From contig JBMFNR010000001.1 in the NCBI GenBank assembly GCA_049970055.1, forward strand, positions 480,001-544,000: a stretch of 64,000 bases of DNA, in the 5' to 3' direction. This stretch comes from Fervidobacterium sp. (GTDB lineage Bacteria > Thermotogota > Thermotogae > Thermotogales > Fervidobacteriaceae). Every line of letters starts with the position of its first letter. The first letter of the stretch is position 1. The notes under the pieces were generated by a model, which made no database searches, had not been told where the DNA came from, and was given only the letters and a program-made list of their open reading frames with translations. A program made the translations under genes and the position numbers. Below are positions 18,701-28,061 of the stretch, piece by piece.

Positions 18701-19221
18701 GAGATCACCTCCAGGTATTTGTAGTTTGTGGAGAGCGCACTTAATACTTCATCCATCTCGTTCTTTGGATACTTGATCATAACAAATGTTTTTTCTGAAT
18801 CTTTTGTTTGTGTCATGTGATTTAAGTACTTGGCTAAAAAAACGTCTCCCAATGATTCTGGGAAAACAAGCTCTCCACATTTCTCATTTTTTGGTACATA
18901 TGTACCACCGATTAATTTGTTAATATCTATGTTGTACTTCTTTGAAAATGTTAAAAGCATCGCTGATTGTATAGCAAAAACGACTTTGGTATGGTTTGGA
19001 AAGTGGTTTTGAAGAACTTGTGATATGATGAATGCATCTTCTACCTTTGAGCGCTCGATTATAGTTCTGTACTCTTCGATTGCGCCCATGACGATCTTGT
19101 AATTCTCACCGTTTTTTCTTATCGGTAATACAGCACCAGTTGATGTGATGTTGTTTTCTTCAACTTTGACAATTATGTACTCATATCCTTCAACTCTCTC
19201 AATGTTGTAGAAAAACTTCAT
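18682..19221 (-). CDS. hypothetical protein resembling the enolase-superfamily N-terminal domain
   Basis: 179-aa ORF overlapping both neighbours in an operon; see findings. Confidence 0.6.
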   Translation of the reverse strand: MKFFYNIERVEGYEYIIVKVEENNITSTGAVLPIRKNGENYKIVMGAIEEYRTIIERSKVEDAFIISQVLQNHFPNHTKVVFAIQSAMLLTFSKKYNIDINKLIGGTYVPKNEKCGELVFPESLGDVFLAKYLNHMTQTKDSEKTFVMIKYPKNEMDEVLSALSTNYKYLEVISWKELL

Positions 19222-21284
19222 CAGAACTCTCCTCCACCTAGTAGTTTTGTGTAAACATCGGATGCAAAAGCTGGATTTATTTCGTTTATTTTCGAAAGTA
19301 CTTCACGCTGTCTATCAGAATCCATCGTTTTGAGAATATCAACAACTTCGTCAACCGTTATGGCCTGATTTTTCAGACGTAAATAAATACTTTCAAGCTG
19401 ATCTTGGCTTGTCGTTTCTTGCAGTTGCAACATCTGTGTGGAAGCTTCCGGGCTTATTTCTGCAGCTGGAGGTAGCTGATTTTGTTCGCTCTGAACCTCT
19501 AAAACCTTCTCCGGTACATGCTTCTGTATTGGCAGGGAGATTGGAACTGTGCCGATTTCCGTGTTTTGTGCTATCTTTCTCCAGATCGGTGCTACATCTG
19601 CCCCTCCTGTTAAGTTTCTACCATCTTTTGCTAGCAAAAAGAGATATTTTCCGTCTCCACCAACAAACCATGCATTTCTTTCCGCCGTACCTGTTTTACC
19701 GTATATCTTTCGACCAGGTATGTTGGCTGATCTACCAGTTCCCATTGTAACAACTTTTTCCATGAGTTGAAGTGTCAATATAGATGCTTCAATGGGGGTT
19801 CTTCGATCGAAATCTTTTGGAGGTTTTATTACATTCAGAATTTCGGGTTTGTATGTGTAATAGTTAATACCATCTTTGTCTCTGACAAACTCAATCAGTC
19901 TTGGTTTTATTACAATCCCACCGTTGAATATTGGTTCAAAACCTTTGGCGACATCAACAAGGGAAGTTTCGATAGTTCCAAGAGATATCGTGGCATCGTT
20001 TGGATAGTAACCGTCTATCATTAATGCGTTTTTTAAGAAATTTCTCACGTTGTTTTGCCCAAGTTTCATAAATAAATTTACTGATGGTACATTCCTGGAA
20101 TATATGAGAGCATTCTCAAGGGTGACTTTACCCCAAAATTCTTTATCGAAGTTCTGTGGACTCCACAAGCCAATGGTAATGGGACTATCCTCAAGGATGC
20201 TACTTTTGTTCCATCCTGCCATGAAGGCAAGGTAGTAGTAGAAAGGTTTAACAACAGATCCAATTTGTCTACGACCGTTTAGTATTCCAAGTCCATACGC
20301 TGCTCTTATTTTACCTGTAGTGTGTTCGATTATCAATCCTGCCATGCTTGATTTGTCTATATTCTCTTCCAGAACTCTTTGGAGATTTTTATCGATTGTC
20401 GTTCTTATCCTAAATCCATTTCTCAAAGTACCTAAGTCAAAGTTTAGGTCCTTTAATTCTAAAACAACCATCCAGAAAAGTTCTTCGTCAAAGTAGTTTT
20501 TTATCTTACCAACAGAATAAACTTGTCCTTTACCAATTCTATCTAGGGCTTGCTGGTACTCATTGTCGGATATTATTTGAGCTTCTTTCATTTTTCTTAG
20601 TGTAGTTTTTGTAAATTCTTGGTTTAAATCAGATTTAACAGGGTTAGCTTTTTCCGGAGACCTTAGCGTGGAAACGAGCATCGCAACTTCCAAAGGCGTG
20701 AGTTCATCAAGTGTTTTTCCAAAATAATACTTAGCTGCAGCAGGGAATCCGTATATACCATTTCCTAAGTAAACTGAGTTTATGTACATTTCAAGTATCT
20801 CTTCTTTTGAGTAATTCTGTTCGAGCCAGAGCGCTATGAGAGCTTCCTTTATTTTTCTTTTCCAGGAGCGCTCTTGTGTAAGGTAAAGTGTTCTTGCAAG
20901 TTGTTGTGTAATTGTGCTACCGCCCTGAATTTCGTCTGTTGTCAATATAACAAACATTGAACGTATTATACCCTTGATATCAACACCACTATGTGAATAA
21001 AAGCGTTTATCTTCAGAAGCGATCACCGAATCTTTTAAAAGTGTGGGAATGTCGTTGAAGTCAATCCACATTGTCTTAGGACTGTAAAGTGGGGTGCCAT
21101 CCGCGTATTCAACAACTAAACTTGCAGGTACTTTGTTTACCGGCTTTTCAAGATTTCTTGTGTAATTCGTATACAAATTCATGGAGAAAAGGTAAACTAC
21201 AGTGGATACTATTACAGTTGGCAATAATAAATATATGACCTTTTTCAAATCGATCCCTCCAAATTTAAAAAGTATTTCTTCCAT
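19221..21284 (-). CDS. class A penicillin-binding protein (transglycosylase/transpeptidase)
   Basis: EDKRFYSHSG, GGSTITQQL, RKIKE; SVVK, SRN and KTGT motifs. Confidence 0.92.
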   Translation of the reverse strand: MEEILFKFGGIDLKKVIYLLLPTVIVSTVVYLFSMNLYTNYTRNLEKPVNKVPASLVVEYADGTPLYSPKTMWIDFNDIPTLLKDSVIASEDKRFYSHSGVDIKGIIRSMFVILTTDEIQGGSTITQQLARTLYLTQERSWKRKIKEALIALWLEQNYSKEEILEMYINSVYLGNGIYGFPAAAKYYFGKTLDELTPLEVAMLVSTLRSPEKANPVKSDLNQEFTKTTLRKMKEAQIISDNEYQQALDRIGKGQVYSVGKIKNYFDEELFWMVVLELKDLNFDLGTLRNGFRIRTTIDKNLQRVLEENIDKSSMAGLIIEHTTGKIRAAYGLGILNGRRQIGSVVKPFYYYLAFMAGWNKSSILEDSPITIGLWSPQNFDKEFWGKVTLENALIYSRNVPSVNLFMKLGQNNVRNFLKNALMIDGYYPNDATISLGTIETSLVDVAKGFEPIFNGGIVIKPRLIEFVRDKDGINYYTYKPEILNVIKPPKDFDRRTPIEASILTLQLMEKVVTMGTGRSANIPGRKIYGKTGTAERNAWFVGGDGKYLFLLAKDGRNLTGGADVAPIWRKIAQNTEIGTVPISLPIQKHVPEKVLEVQSEQNQLPPAAEISPEASTQMLQLQETTSQDQLESIYLRLKNQAITVDEVVDILKTMDSDRQREVLSKINEINPAFASDVYTKLLGGGEF

Positions 21285-21706
21285 TTTCTCCCATCAATGC
21301 TTTTTTCTCTTCCCGAGTAACCACCTATCTCCCTCTCACCAACAACTCTGTGACACGGTATGTACAAAGGCAAGGGGTTTGATGCCATAGCGTATCCAAC
21401 GACGCGTGGGGTTATGTTACACGCTATGGCTAACTGCTTGTATGTTATTATTTTACCATACTCTACGTTCTTTCTCAAATATTCCCATATACGCATGAAA
21501 GTACTACCTGAAGAACATTTAACAGGGAAATCCAAAAGTGTCCTTTTTCCCTCCAAATACTCTTTGAGTTGTTTTGTAAAAATATTTTCACCGGTCTCTG
21601 GAAGGCGTTCTTCCGTAAAGGTTATCTTCTCACACATACCTGAATTAGCATAGACAAGAATACTTCCAATTTCACAATTAACAACGAAAAATTCACTGTT
21701 ATTCAT
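21245..21706 (-). CDS. ogt: methylated-DNA--protein-cysteine methyltransferase
   Basis: YGKIITY, RVVGYAMASNP, IPCHRVV. Confidence 0.9.
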   Translation of the reverse strand: MNNSEFFVVNCEIGSILVYANSGMCEKITFTEERLPETGENIFTKQLKEYLEGKRTLLDFPVKCSSGSTFMRIWEYLRKNVEYGKIITYKQLAIACNITPRVVGYAMASNPLPLYIPCHRVVGEREIGGYSGREKSIDGRKWKKYFLNLEGSI

Positions 21707-21822
21707 CAATATGCCCCCTATAATTTTGGTTGATTAAATAAGGAAAATAGATTACAATAGTAATGCGTTTAATCACAATTGTGAATTTTCCTAACCTTGT
21801 TGGATGGTGGTGAAGTGTTGGT

Positions 21823-22320
21823 ATGGATTTCAATGTTCAAGAGTACTTAAAAAATATTACCATAAATCCGCCAAAAAATGAACGGGAGAGTTGGGATGAT
21901 TATTTTAAAAAACTTGCACGAGTGATTGCTGAGCGTTCGACTTGTATACACAGAAAAGTTGGTGCACTTATAGTAAAAGATAAGCGTATCTTGGCAACAG
22001 GTTACAATCAGCCTCCTTCCGGTTTTCCTCATTGCGATGAAATTGGCTGTATAAGAGATGATTTGAACATTCCCTCCGGCAAGAACCAAGAGATATGCTA
22101 CGGCCTCCACGCAGAGCAAAATGCCCTTATGCAGGCTGCAAAATTCGGAATCTCCACCGATGGTGCAACGATATATGTCACGCATAAACCTTGCTCCGTT
22201 TGCGCAAGACTCATAATTAACGCTGGAATTAAAAGAGTTGTCTATATAGAGGGTTATCCTGACCCATTAACAGACTTTTTCTTTAAAATATGCAAAATAG
22301 AATTAGTTGGAGGTGAGTAA
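21823..22320 (+). CDS. dCMP deaminase (ComEB-like)
   Basis: ATGYN, HAEQNA, PCSVC zinc motifs. Confidence 0.9.
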   Translation: MDFNVQEYLKNITINPPKNERESWDDYFKKLARVIAERSTCIHRKVGALIVKDKRILATGYNQPPSGFPHCDEIGCIRDDLNIPSGKNQEICYGLHAEQNALMQAAKFGISTDGATIYVTHKPCSVCARLIINAGIKRVVYIEGYPDPLTDFFFKICKIELVGGE

Positions 22321-22321
22321 G

Positions 22322-23143
22322 TTGAAAAGGGATAAATTGGTTGAATATTTGAGAAACGATAGGTGGCCAACAGTCTGGTGTCCCGGATGTGGAAATGGAA
22401 TTATTTTAAAAAGTTTTCTCGATGCGTTTGACCAAACTGGCTTGAAACCTGAGGAGACCTCCGTTGTATCTGGAATTGGTTGTTCATCAAGGGCGACGGG
22501 ATATATAAACTTCAATACGATGCACACACTCCATGGTCGCGCTATTGCATTTGCTACTGGAGTTTCTTTAGCAAGGCCAGATTTTAAAGTTGTAGTAATG
22601 GGTGGAGACGGAGATATAACTGCAATTGGTGGGAATCACTTTATACACGCGTGCAGAAGAAATATAAACCTTACGATTATTATATACAATAACATGATAT
22701 ACGGTATGACAGGCGGACAACACTCACCAACAACGCCAAGTGGTAAAGTCGCGGGTACAATGCCGTTTGGAAACGTCGAGGAACAATTCGATGTTGTGAA
22801 TCTTGCACTTTCAGCCGGTGCTACTTATGTTGCAAGGTCGACAGTTTATCATTATCCATTAACGGTAAAATACATAAAGGAAGCACTACTTCACAAGGGA
22901 GTTTCAGTTGTGGAAGTGATGACCAATTGTCACACATATTATGGTAGGTACAATGGTTTAAGAGAACCATGGCAGATGATGGATTTCTTTAAAGAAAATA
23001 CAGTTATGAAAGAGAAAGTGGAAAAGATGAGTGAGGAAGAATTGAAAGGTAAAATTGTTATCGGGGTATTTAGGAAAGATGAATCAAGACCGGACTTTTA
23101 TACACGTTATAGAATGGTCTATGCGGGAGGTAATAAAAAATGA
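22322..23143 (+). CDS. 2-oxoacid:ferredoxin oxidoreductase beta subunit
   Basis: WCPGCG, SGIGCS, HGRA, GDGD TPP motif, YGMTGGQ; TTG start after GGAGGTG. Confidence 0.9.
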   Translation: MKRDKLVEYLRNDRWPTVWCPGCGNGIILKSFLDAFDQTGLKPEETSVVSGIGCSSRATGYINFNTMHTLHGRAIAFATGVSLARPDFKVVVMGGDGDITAIGGNHFIHACRRNINLTIIIYNNMIYGMTGGQHSPTTPSGKVAGTMPFGNVEEQFDVVNLALSAGATYVARSTVYHYPLTVKYIKEALLHKGVSVVEVMTNCHTYYGRYNGLREPWQMMDFFKENTVMKEKVEKMSEEELKGKIVIGVFRKDESRPDFYTRYRMVYAGGNKK

Positions 23144-23736
23144 CAAGACCGTTTTCGATTAGGATAGCAGGAATAGGTGGGCAAGGCAATTTATTGAGTG
23201 GATACATCCTTTCTGAGGCGTTTGTGATCTTAGAGAAATATGTTATACAAACACAAAATTACAGTGAACAGGTGCGTGGGGGACCAAGTTACTGTGATGT
23301 GTTAGTTTCCGATGAACCCATCCTTTACCCAAAAGCGGTTTTATTTGATTCTCTCATAATTATGCATCCTTCGATGGTGAGCCATGGTAAATATGTTGCG
23401 ACGAATGGTATAATAGTGTATGATAATACAAACATACCGGAACTTCCTAGTGAAATACGAAGGATAACTAAAAGGATAGTGGAAATACCTGCGAGCAAAT
23501 TGGCTATAGAGAGGTACGGAAACGCGATGGTTTCAAACATGATTCTGCTTGGAGCGTTCGTAAAGAGTACCGCTTTAATAGATTTTGAAACACTCTTTGA
23601 TGCAGTTAAAGAGGAGGTTAATCCAAAATACTACAACATGAACGTGGAGGCGATTAAGCTTGGAGCATCCCTCACAGACAAAGCCTTTAAACCAAGAATC
23701 GAAAGAAAGAGAAAGAGAACAATTGGTTTCGAATAA
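23140..23736 (+). CDS. 2-oxoacid:ferredoxin oxidoreductase gamma subunit
   Basis: AGIGGQG, YSEQVRGG, NMILLGA. Confidence 0.9.
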   Translation: MTRPFSIRIAGIGGQGNLLSGYILSEAFVILEKYVIQTQNYSEQVRGGPSYCDVLVSDEPILYPKAVLFDSLIIMHPSMVSHGKYVATNGIIVYDNTNIPELPSEIRRITKRIVEIPASKLAIERYGNAMVSNMILLGAFVKSTALIDFETLFDAVKEEVNPKYYNMNVEAIKLGASLTDKAFKPRIERKRKRTIGFE

Positions 23737-24175
23737 TCTTGTACAATCTTTTTCACATGCAATTGATGGAATAATTGAATCTATCATTTCCGAAAAAAAT
23801 TTGAGGATACACTTTGCCATAGGGTTAATAGTTCTTGGAATGACAGTTTTCCTTCCGGTTGAACGGGAGGACTTATTGTGGATAATATTTGCTGTATTCT
23901 TTGTGATTTGGTCTGAACTTGTGAACACAATAATAGAGCATCTTATGAATTTATACAGTAAAGAGTTCCATCCCGTGATAAAAATAATCAAAGATGTGAG
24001 TGCCGGTGTTGTTTTATGGGCTGCAATATTTTCTGTAACCGTTGGTGTTATTGTGCTTGGGAGCGTTGTTTTTAAGTGGAGTTTGGAAGTTGGAAAAATT
24101 TTTGCTATAATATCCCTAGCAGTATTTCCATTACTGAGTCTAAAGGTGGTGAGAAGTTGGAAAGCCAGAAAATAA
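23723..24175 (+). CDS. dgkA: diacylglycerol/undecaprenol kinase family protein
   Basis: SFSHAIDGI, EKNLRIH, ELVNTIIE, KDVSAG; start (TTG 23723) uncertain. Confidence 0.85.
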   Translation: MVSNNLVQSFSHAIDGIIESIISEKNLRIHFAIGLIVLGMTVFLPVEREDLLWIIFAVFFVIWSELVNTIIEHLMNLYSKEFHPVIKIIKDVSAGVVLWAAIFSVTVGVIVLGSVVFKWSLEVGKIFAIISLAVFPLLSLKVVRSWKARK

Positions 24176-25194
24176 AGGTAATGATCGTTGATGATTCACC
24201 CTTTATGAGAATGATATTAAAAGATATCATCGACCAACAGCCGGATATGCAAGTCGTTGCTATCGCAAAGGATGGGATGGAAGCCGTTGAATTAGCTTTA
24301 AAGCATAAACCAGATGTGGTTACTATGGATGTAGAAATGCCTAAGTTAAACGGCATTGAAGCACTTAAAGAGATAATGAAACGCTCACCAACAAGGGTTA
24401 TAATGGTCAGTAGCCTTACTGAAGAGGGTGCAGAGATAACGCTTTTGGCATTGGAACTTGGCGCCGTTGATTTTGTTACGAAGCCATCCGGAAGTGTTTC
24501 AATGGATTTTAGGCGGATGGGACCAGATTTGGTTGGGAAGATACGCGATGCAATGAAAGTAGATGTTTCTCAAGTACTTTTAAAGAGGAAGCCAATATCT
24601 GGTTTGAGAGCTAAGTCTTTGGTATCGAGCAAAATAGTTGTAATAGGTTCGTCAACGGGTGGGCCACGGTCCTTAGATTTAGTTATTCCACCACTTCCGA
24701 AGGACTTTCCAGCTCCGATTCTTCTTGTTCAACATATGCCACCTGGTTTTACAAAGTCGCTTGCGCAGAGGTTAAGTAGAATTTCAAATCTTTCAGTCAA
24801 AGAAGCTGAAGAGGGAGATGAACTTAAGCCAGGTTGGGTCTATGTTGCTCCTGGAGATTATCATATGGGAATAAAGCAACAAGATAGAAAGAGCATCATA
24901 TACCTGGATAAAAAGACTGAAAAGATAAATAATGTTCGCCCATCGGTTGATTACACGCTTGATAAAGTTGCCGAAATATACAAAGACAAAACAGTTGCGG
25001 TCATTCTCACAGGAATGGGCCGTGATGGTACTAAAGGTGCATTTAAGGTGAAATTTTTCAAAGGTGTCGTAGTGGCTGAAAGTCAAGAGACATGTGTTGT
25101 GTATGGAATGCCAAAGGCTGTAGTAGATGAAGGTTACGCAGATTATGTACTTCCAGCAGACAAAATTCCAGAAAAGTTGGTCGAGATCGTTTGA
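24157..25194 (+). CDS. cheB: chemotaxis protein-glutamate methylesterase
   Basis: Receiver domain plus GSSTGGP, VQHMP, ILTGMGRDG, VYGMP; TTG start inferred. Confidence 0.95.
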   Translation: MESQKIKVMIVDDSPFMRMILKDIIDQQPDMQVVAIAKDGMEAVELALKHKPDVVTMDVEMPKLNGIEALKEIMKRSPTRVIMVSSLTEEGAEITLLALELGAVDFVTKPSGSVSMDFRRMGPDLVGKIRDAMKVDVSQVLLKRKPISGLRAKSLVSSKIVVIGSSTGGPRSLDLVIPPLPKDFPAPILLVQHMPPGFTKSLAQRLSRISNLSVKEAEEGDELKPGWVYVAPGDYHMGIKQQDRKSIIYLDKKTEKINNVRPSVDYTLDKVAEIYKDKTVAVILTGMGRDGTKGAFKVKFFKGVVVAESQETCVVYGMPKAVVDEGYADYVLPADKIPEKLVEIV

Positions 25195-25228
25195 TATATT
25201 TTTTGATATACTTAAGGAGGGACTTCTC

Positions 25229-26710
25229 ATGAAAAAGGGTGTTATTTTGTTACTTTCGTTTACTGTGCTAGTTTCTTTCCTATTTTCCGCTACATTCAAA
25301 GATGTTCCAGCAAATCACTGGGCGGCTGATGCTGTTGATCAAATGACAAAACTTGGTGTCATCACAGGAATGCCAGATGGTACATTTCAGGGAAACCAAT
25401 CTGTAACGAGGTACCAACTTGCTCTTTCACTTTACAGGTTATACAATGTTCTCTACGATAGAATTTCGACAGTTGAAAGAAAGATTCCAACGGGTGCTAC
25501 TACAACATCCCAAACTCAAACTCCGGCAGCGCAACAGGTACCACCTAACATTGATTCTCAGTTGAAATCCTTGTCTGACCAGATTCTTGCTCTTGCAAAC
25601 AGCGATAAGACGATCAATGCGAAGATTGATACATTAACAAGTAATGTTAATAGTCTCAACACAACTGTTGACAATATAAAATCCGATATCTCTGACTTAA
25701 AATCCATGTACGATGCACTTGTACAGAAAGTAACAGACCTTAGAACACTCGTTGCAACAACACCGACTGGTCAAAGTTTAAACACGATCTCGCAAGATGT
25801 GTCAAATTTAAAACAAAGTGTCAAAGGTGTTACTGACACTGTTTCTTCGTTAAGCTCTTCTGTGAATTCTCTCAATACAAAAGTTTCAAGCTTGGAAAGT
25901 ACTTTCTCCAGTCTTTCAGATAGACTGAAAGCTGCTGAAGATAGTTTGAAATCGAATGTGTCAAGTATAGCCTTGTTAGACAACAAAATTAAAGCTACTT
26001 CTGACGATGTTTTAAAAATAAATGCTGCGATTCAATCGCTTAATAGCCAAATTCTAAACCTTTCAACAAGTGTTTCCGATATAAGTTCAAGGGTTAGCAA
26101 AGTTGAAAAAACAACGGCGGATATATCCCAAAATGTTTCCAGTATCTCGACAAGTGTTGCAAACTTAGGAAAAGATATAGATAGTCTCAAAGCGAAAAAT
26201 ACCTCATTAGAAAAAAGCATCGCTGATCTTAGCGCTCAAATTCAAAACATCTCAAATGAAATTTCAACAAAGGCGGACAAATCAGACTTGGAGCTTGCCA
26301 AAGGAGATTTGGCAGGTATGGTAATCAATACAAAACAAGAGCTTGAGAGTAAAATCGATACAAAAGCTGATGCAACAACTGTTGCTAGTCTTGATCAAAA
26401 GGTTACCACGATTGCGAATCAGTTGGCAAATTTAAATGTTCAAATATTGAATGTTGACAAAAAAGTTGCAACACAAACTGCAGAATTAAATAACGCTGTA
26501 GCAAACGTTGATATAAAGGTGTCAGTGGTTGATCAAAAAGTATCTAAAAATGAAGAAGAGATCAACAAATTAAAAGCTGAAAACGAGGAATTGAAAAAGA
26601 AAGTAGATCAAGTTTCTTCGAATAATATAGGTATATGGGCGCTTGGATTAGCGATTTTTGGAGTATTTCTAGGTGCTGTATCGTCGTTGTATCGCATTTT
26701 TGTTCCATGA
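25229..26710 (+). CDS. SLH-domain coiled-coil envelope protein (Omp-alpha/OmpA-like toga anchor)
   Basis: Signal peptide, SLH (FKDVPANHWA...GMPDGTF...TRYQLA), long heptad region, C-terminal hydrophobic anchor. Confidence 0.85.
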   Translation: MKKGVILLLSFTVLVSFLFSATFKDVPANHWAADAVDQMTKLGVITGMPDGTFQGNQSVTRYQLALSLYRLYNVLYDRISTVERKIPTGATTTSQTQTPAAQQVPPNIDSQLKSLSDQILALANSDKTINAKIDTLTSNVNSLNTTVDNIKSDISDLKSMYDALVQKVTDLRTLVATTPTGQSLNTISQDVSNLKQSVKGVTDTVSSLSSSVNSLNTKVSSLESTFSSLSDRLKAAEDSLKSNVSSIALLDNKIKATSDDVLKINAAIQSLNSQILNLSTSVSDISSRVSKVEKTTADISQNVSSISTSVANLGKDIDSLKAKNTSLEKSIADLSAQIQNISNEISTKADKSDLELAKGDLAGMVINTKQELESKIDTKADATTVASLDQKVTTIANQLANLNVQILNVDKKVATQTAELNNAVANVDIKVSVVDQKVSKNEEEINKLKAENEELKKKVDQVSSNNIGIWALGLAIFGVFLGAVSSLYRIFVP

Positions 26711-26734
26711 GTTTTCCTGTTTATATTTTTTTGC

Positions 26735-26759
26735 AAAGCTGGTCCTTAGGACCAGCTTT
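26735..26759 (+). terminator. hairpin/terminator
   Basis: AAAGCTGGTCC-TTA-GGACCAGCTTT. Confidence 0.55.
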
Positions 26760-26800
26760 ACTATTGTATCTGAAGGAATTAGTGCGGCGGAGGTGGTAGC

Positions 26801-27880
26801 ATGAGTTTTTACATGCCAACGAAGGTATTGTACGGGAAAGATATTGTTCTTAAAAACCGAGAACTTATTCAATCTTTGGGAGAAACATTTTTAATTATTA
26901 CAGGAAAAAGTTCGAAGAAAAACGGAAGTCTTGATGACATACTTGATGTGCTGGAGGGGAAGAAGGTTTATATTTTCAACGAAACACCTGAAAACCCTCC
27001 AACGGATATTATCAAACCTATAGCGGAAAAATACGCAGATTCCGATGTGGTTATAGGGCTTGGCGGTGGAAGTCCGATGGACACTGCCAAGGCAGTGGCC
27101 GTATTAATTCAAAATCCTCATCTTAATGCTAGTGATTTGTACGATAAGACAAAATATTCTTATGCGAAAACGATAATTTGTATTCCTACCACAGCAGGTA
27201 CCGGAAGCGAGGTAACTCAGTATTCTGTTTTAACCTTCAATGGTCGCAAAAGAGGCTTCTCACACGATTGTGTTTTCCCAGAAATTTCGTTTGTTGATTA
27301 CAAATACACGATGACAGCTGGAAAAGAACTAACTGTTTCAACGGGGCTTGATGCTCTATCTCACGCTATGGAAGGTTACATCTCTTTAAAATCTAACACT
27401 TTCAGCGATGTGCTCGCTATCGAAAGTATGAGGATTTTAAAAGAATACCTTCCAAGAACTTTGGATGATCCGGACAATGAATTTTACAGAGAAAGGTTGA
27501 TGTTTGCTTCAACACTTGCGGGAATGGTTATTGCCCAAACAGGTACAACTATTGCCCATGCACTTGGCTACAACTTGACAACGGAGAAAGGTGTGAAACA
27601 CGGATTGGCAACAGCTGTATTTTTGCCAATAGAACTAAGAGAAGCAAAAAATGTACTAAGCGAAAAGGTAGATAATGTGTTAAGAATATTCGACGGTTCA
27701 CTGTACGATTTTTACGAATTACTCGGAATAAGGTTGAATATCCAGATCACGGACGAGGAGATTGCTCAATGGGCAATGATAACTTCCAAAGCCTCACACC
27801 TATTTTCAACACCAGGTAGTTACGATTTTGAGAAGTTAAAGTCTGCATATGAAGAGGTAAGAGAACGATTTTCACTGTAA
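26801..27880 (+). CDS. iron-containing alcohol dehydrogenase
   Basis: GGGSPMDTAK, PTTAGTGSE, DALSHAMEG, HALG, HG. Confidence 0.92.
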   Translation: MSFYMPTKVLYGKDIVLKNRELIQSLGETFLIITGKSSKKNGSLDDILDVLEGKKVYIFNETPENPPTDIIKPIAEKYADSDVVIGLGGGSPMDTAKAVAVLIQNPHLNASDLYDKTKYSYAKTIICIPTTAGTGSEVTQYSVLTFNGRKRGFSHDCVFPEISFVDYKYTMTAGKELTVSTGLDALSHAMEGYISLKSNTFSDVLAIESMRILKEYLPRTLDDPDNEFYRERLMFASTLAGMVIAQTGTTIAHALGYNLTTEKGVKHGLATAVFLPIELREAKNVLSEKVDNVLRIFDGSLYDFYELLGIRLNIQITDEEIAQWAMITSKASHLFSTPGSYDFEKLKSAYEEVRERFSL

Positions 27881-28061
27881 AAGAACAATTAGCAGCCCCG
27901 CACATTTTCGTGCGGGCATTTTATTTTAAATTTCGATAGACAAAATCTAAAATTGTATGATATAATAAGGTAGACCTAATTTATTGTTGATTTGCTGACG
28001 GATTGTCAGTATCTCAATTGAAACTTTTTAAGAAATAGTTATGAGAAAAGAGGTGGTTTTT

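Noticed and set aside
21773..21784. 12-bp palindrome TCACAATTGTGA between ogt and dCMP deaminase
   Set aside because: Short, AT-rich and single-copy; cannot be distinguished from chance
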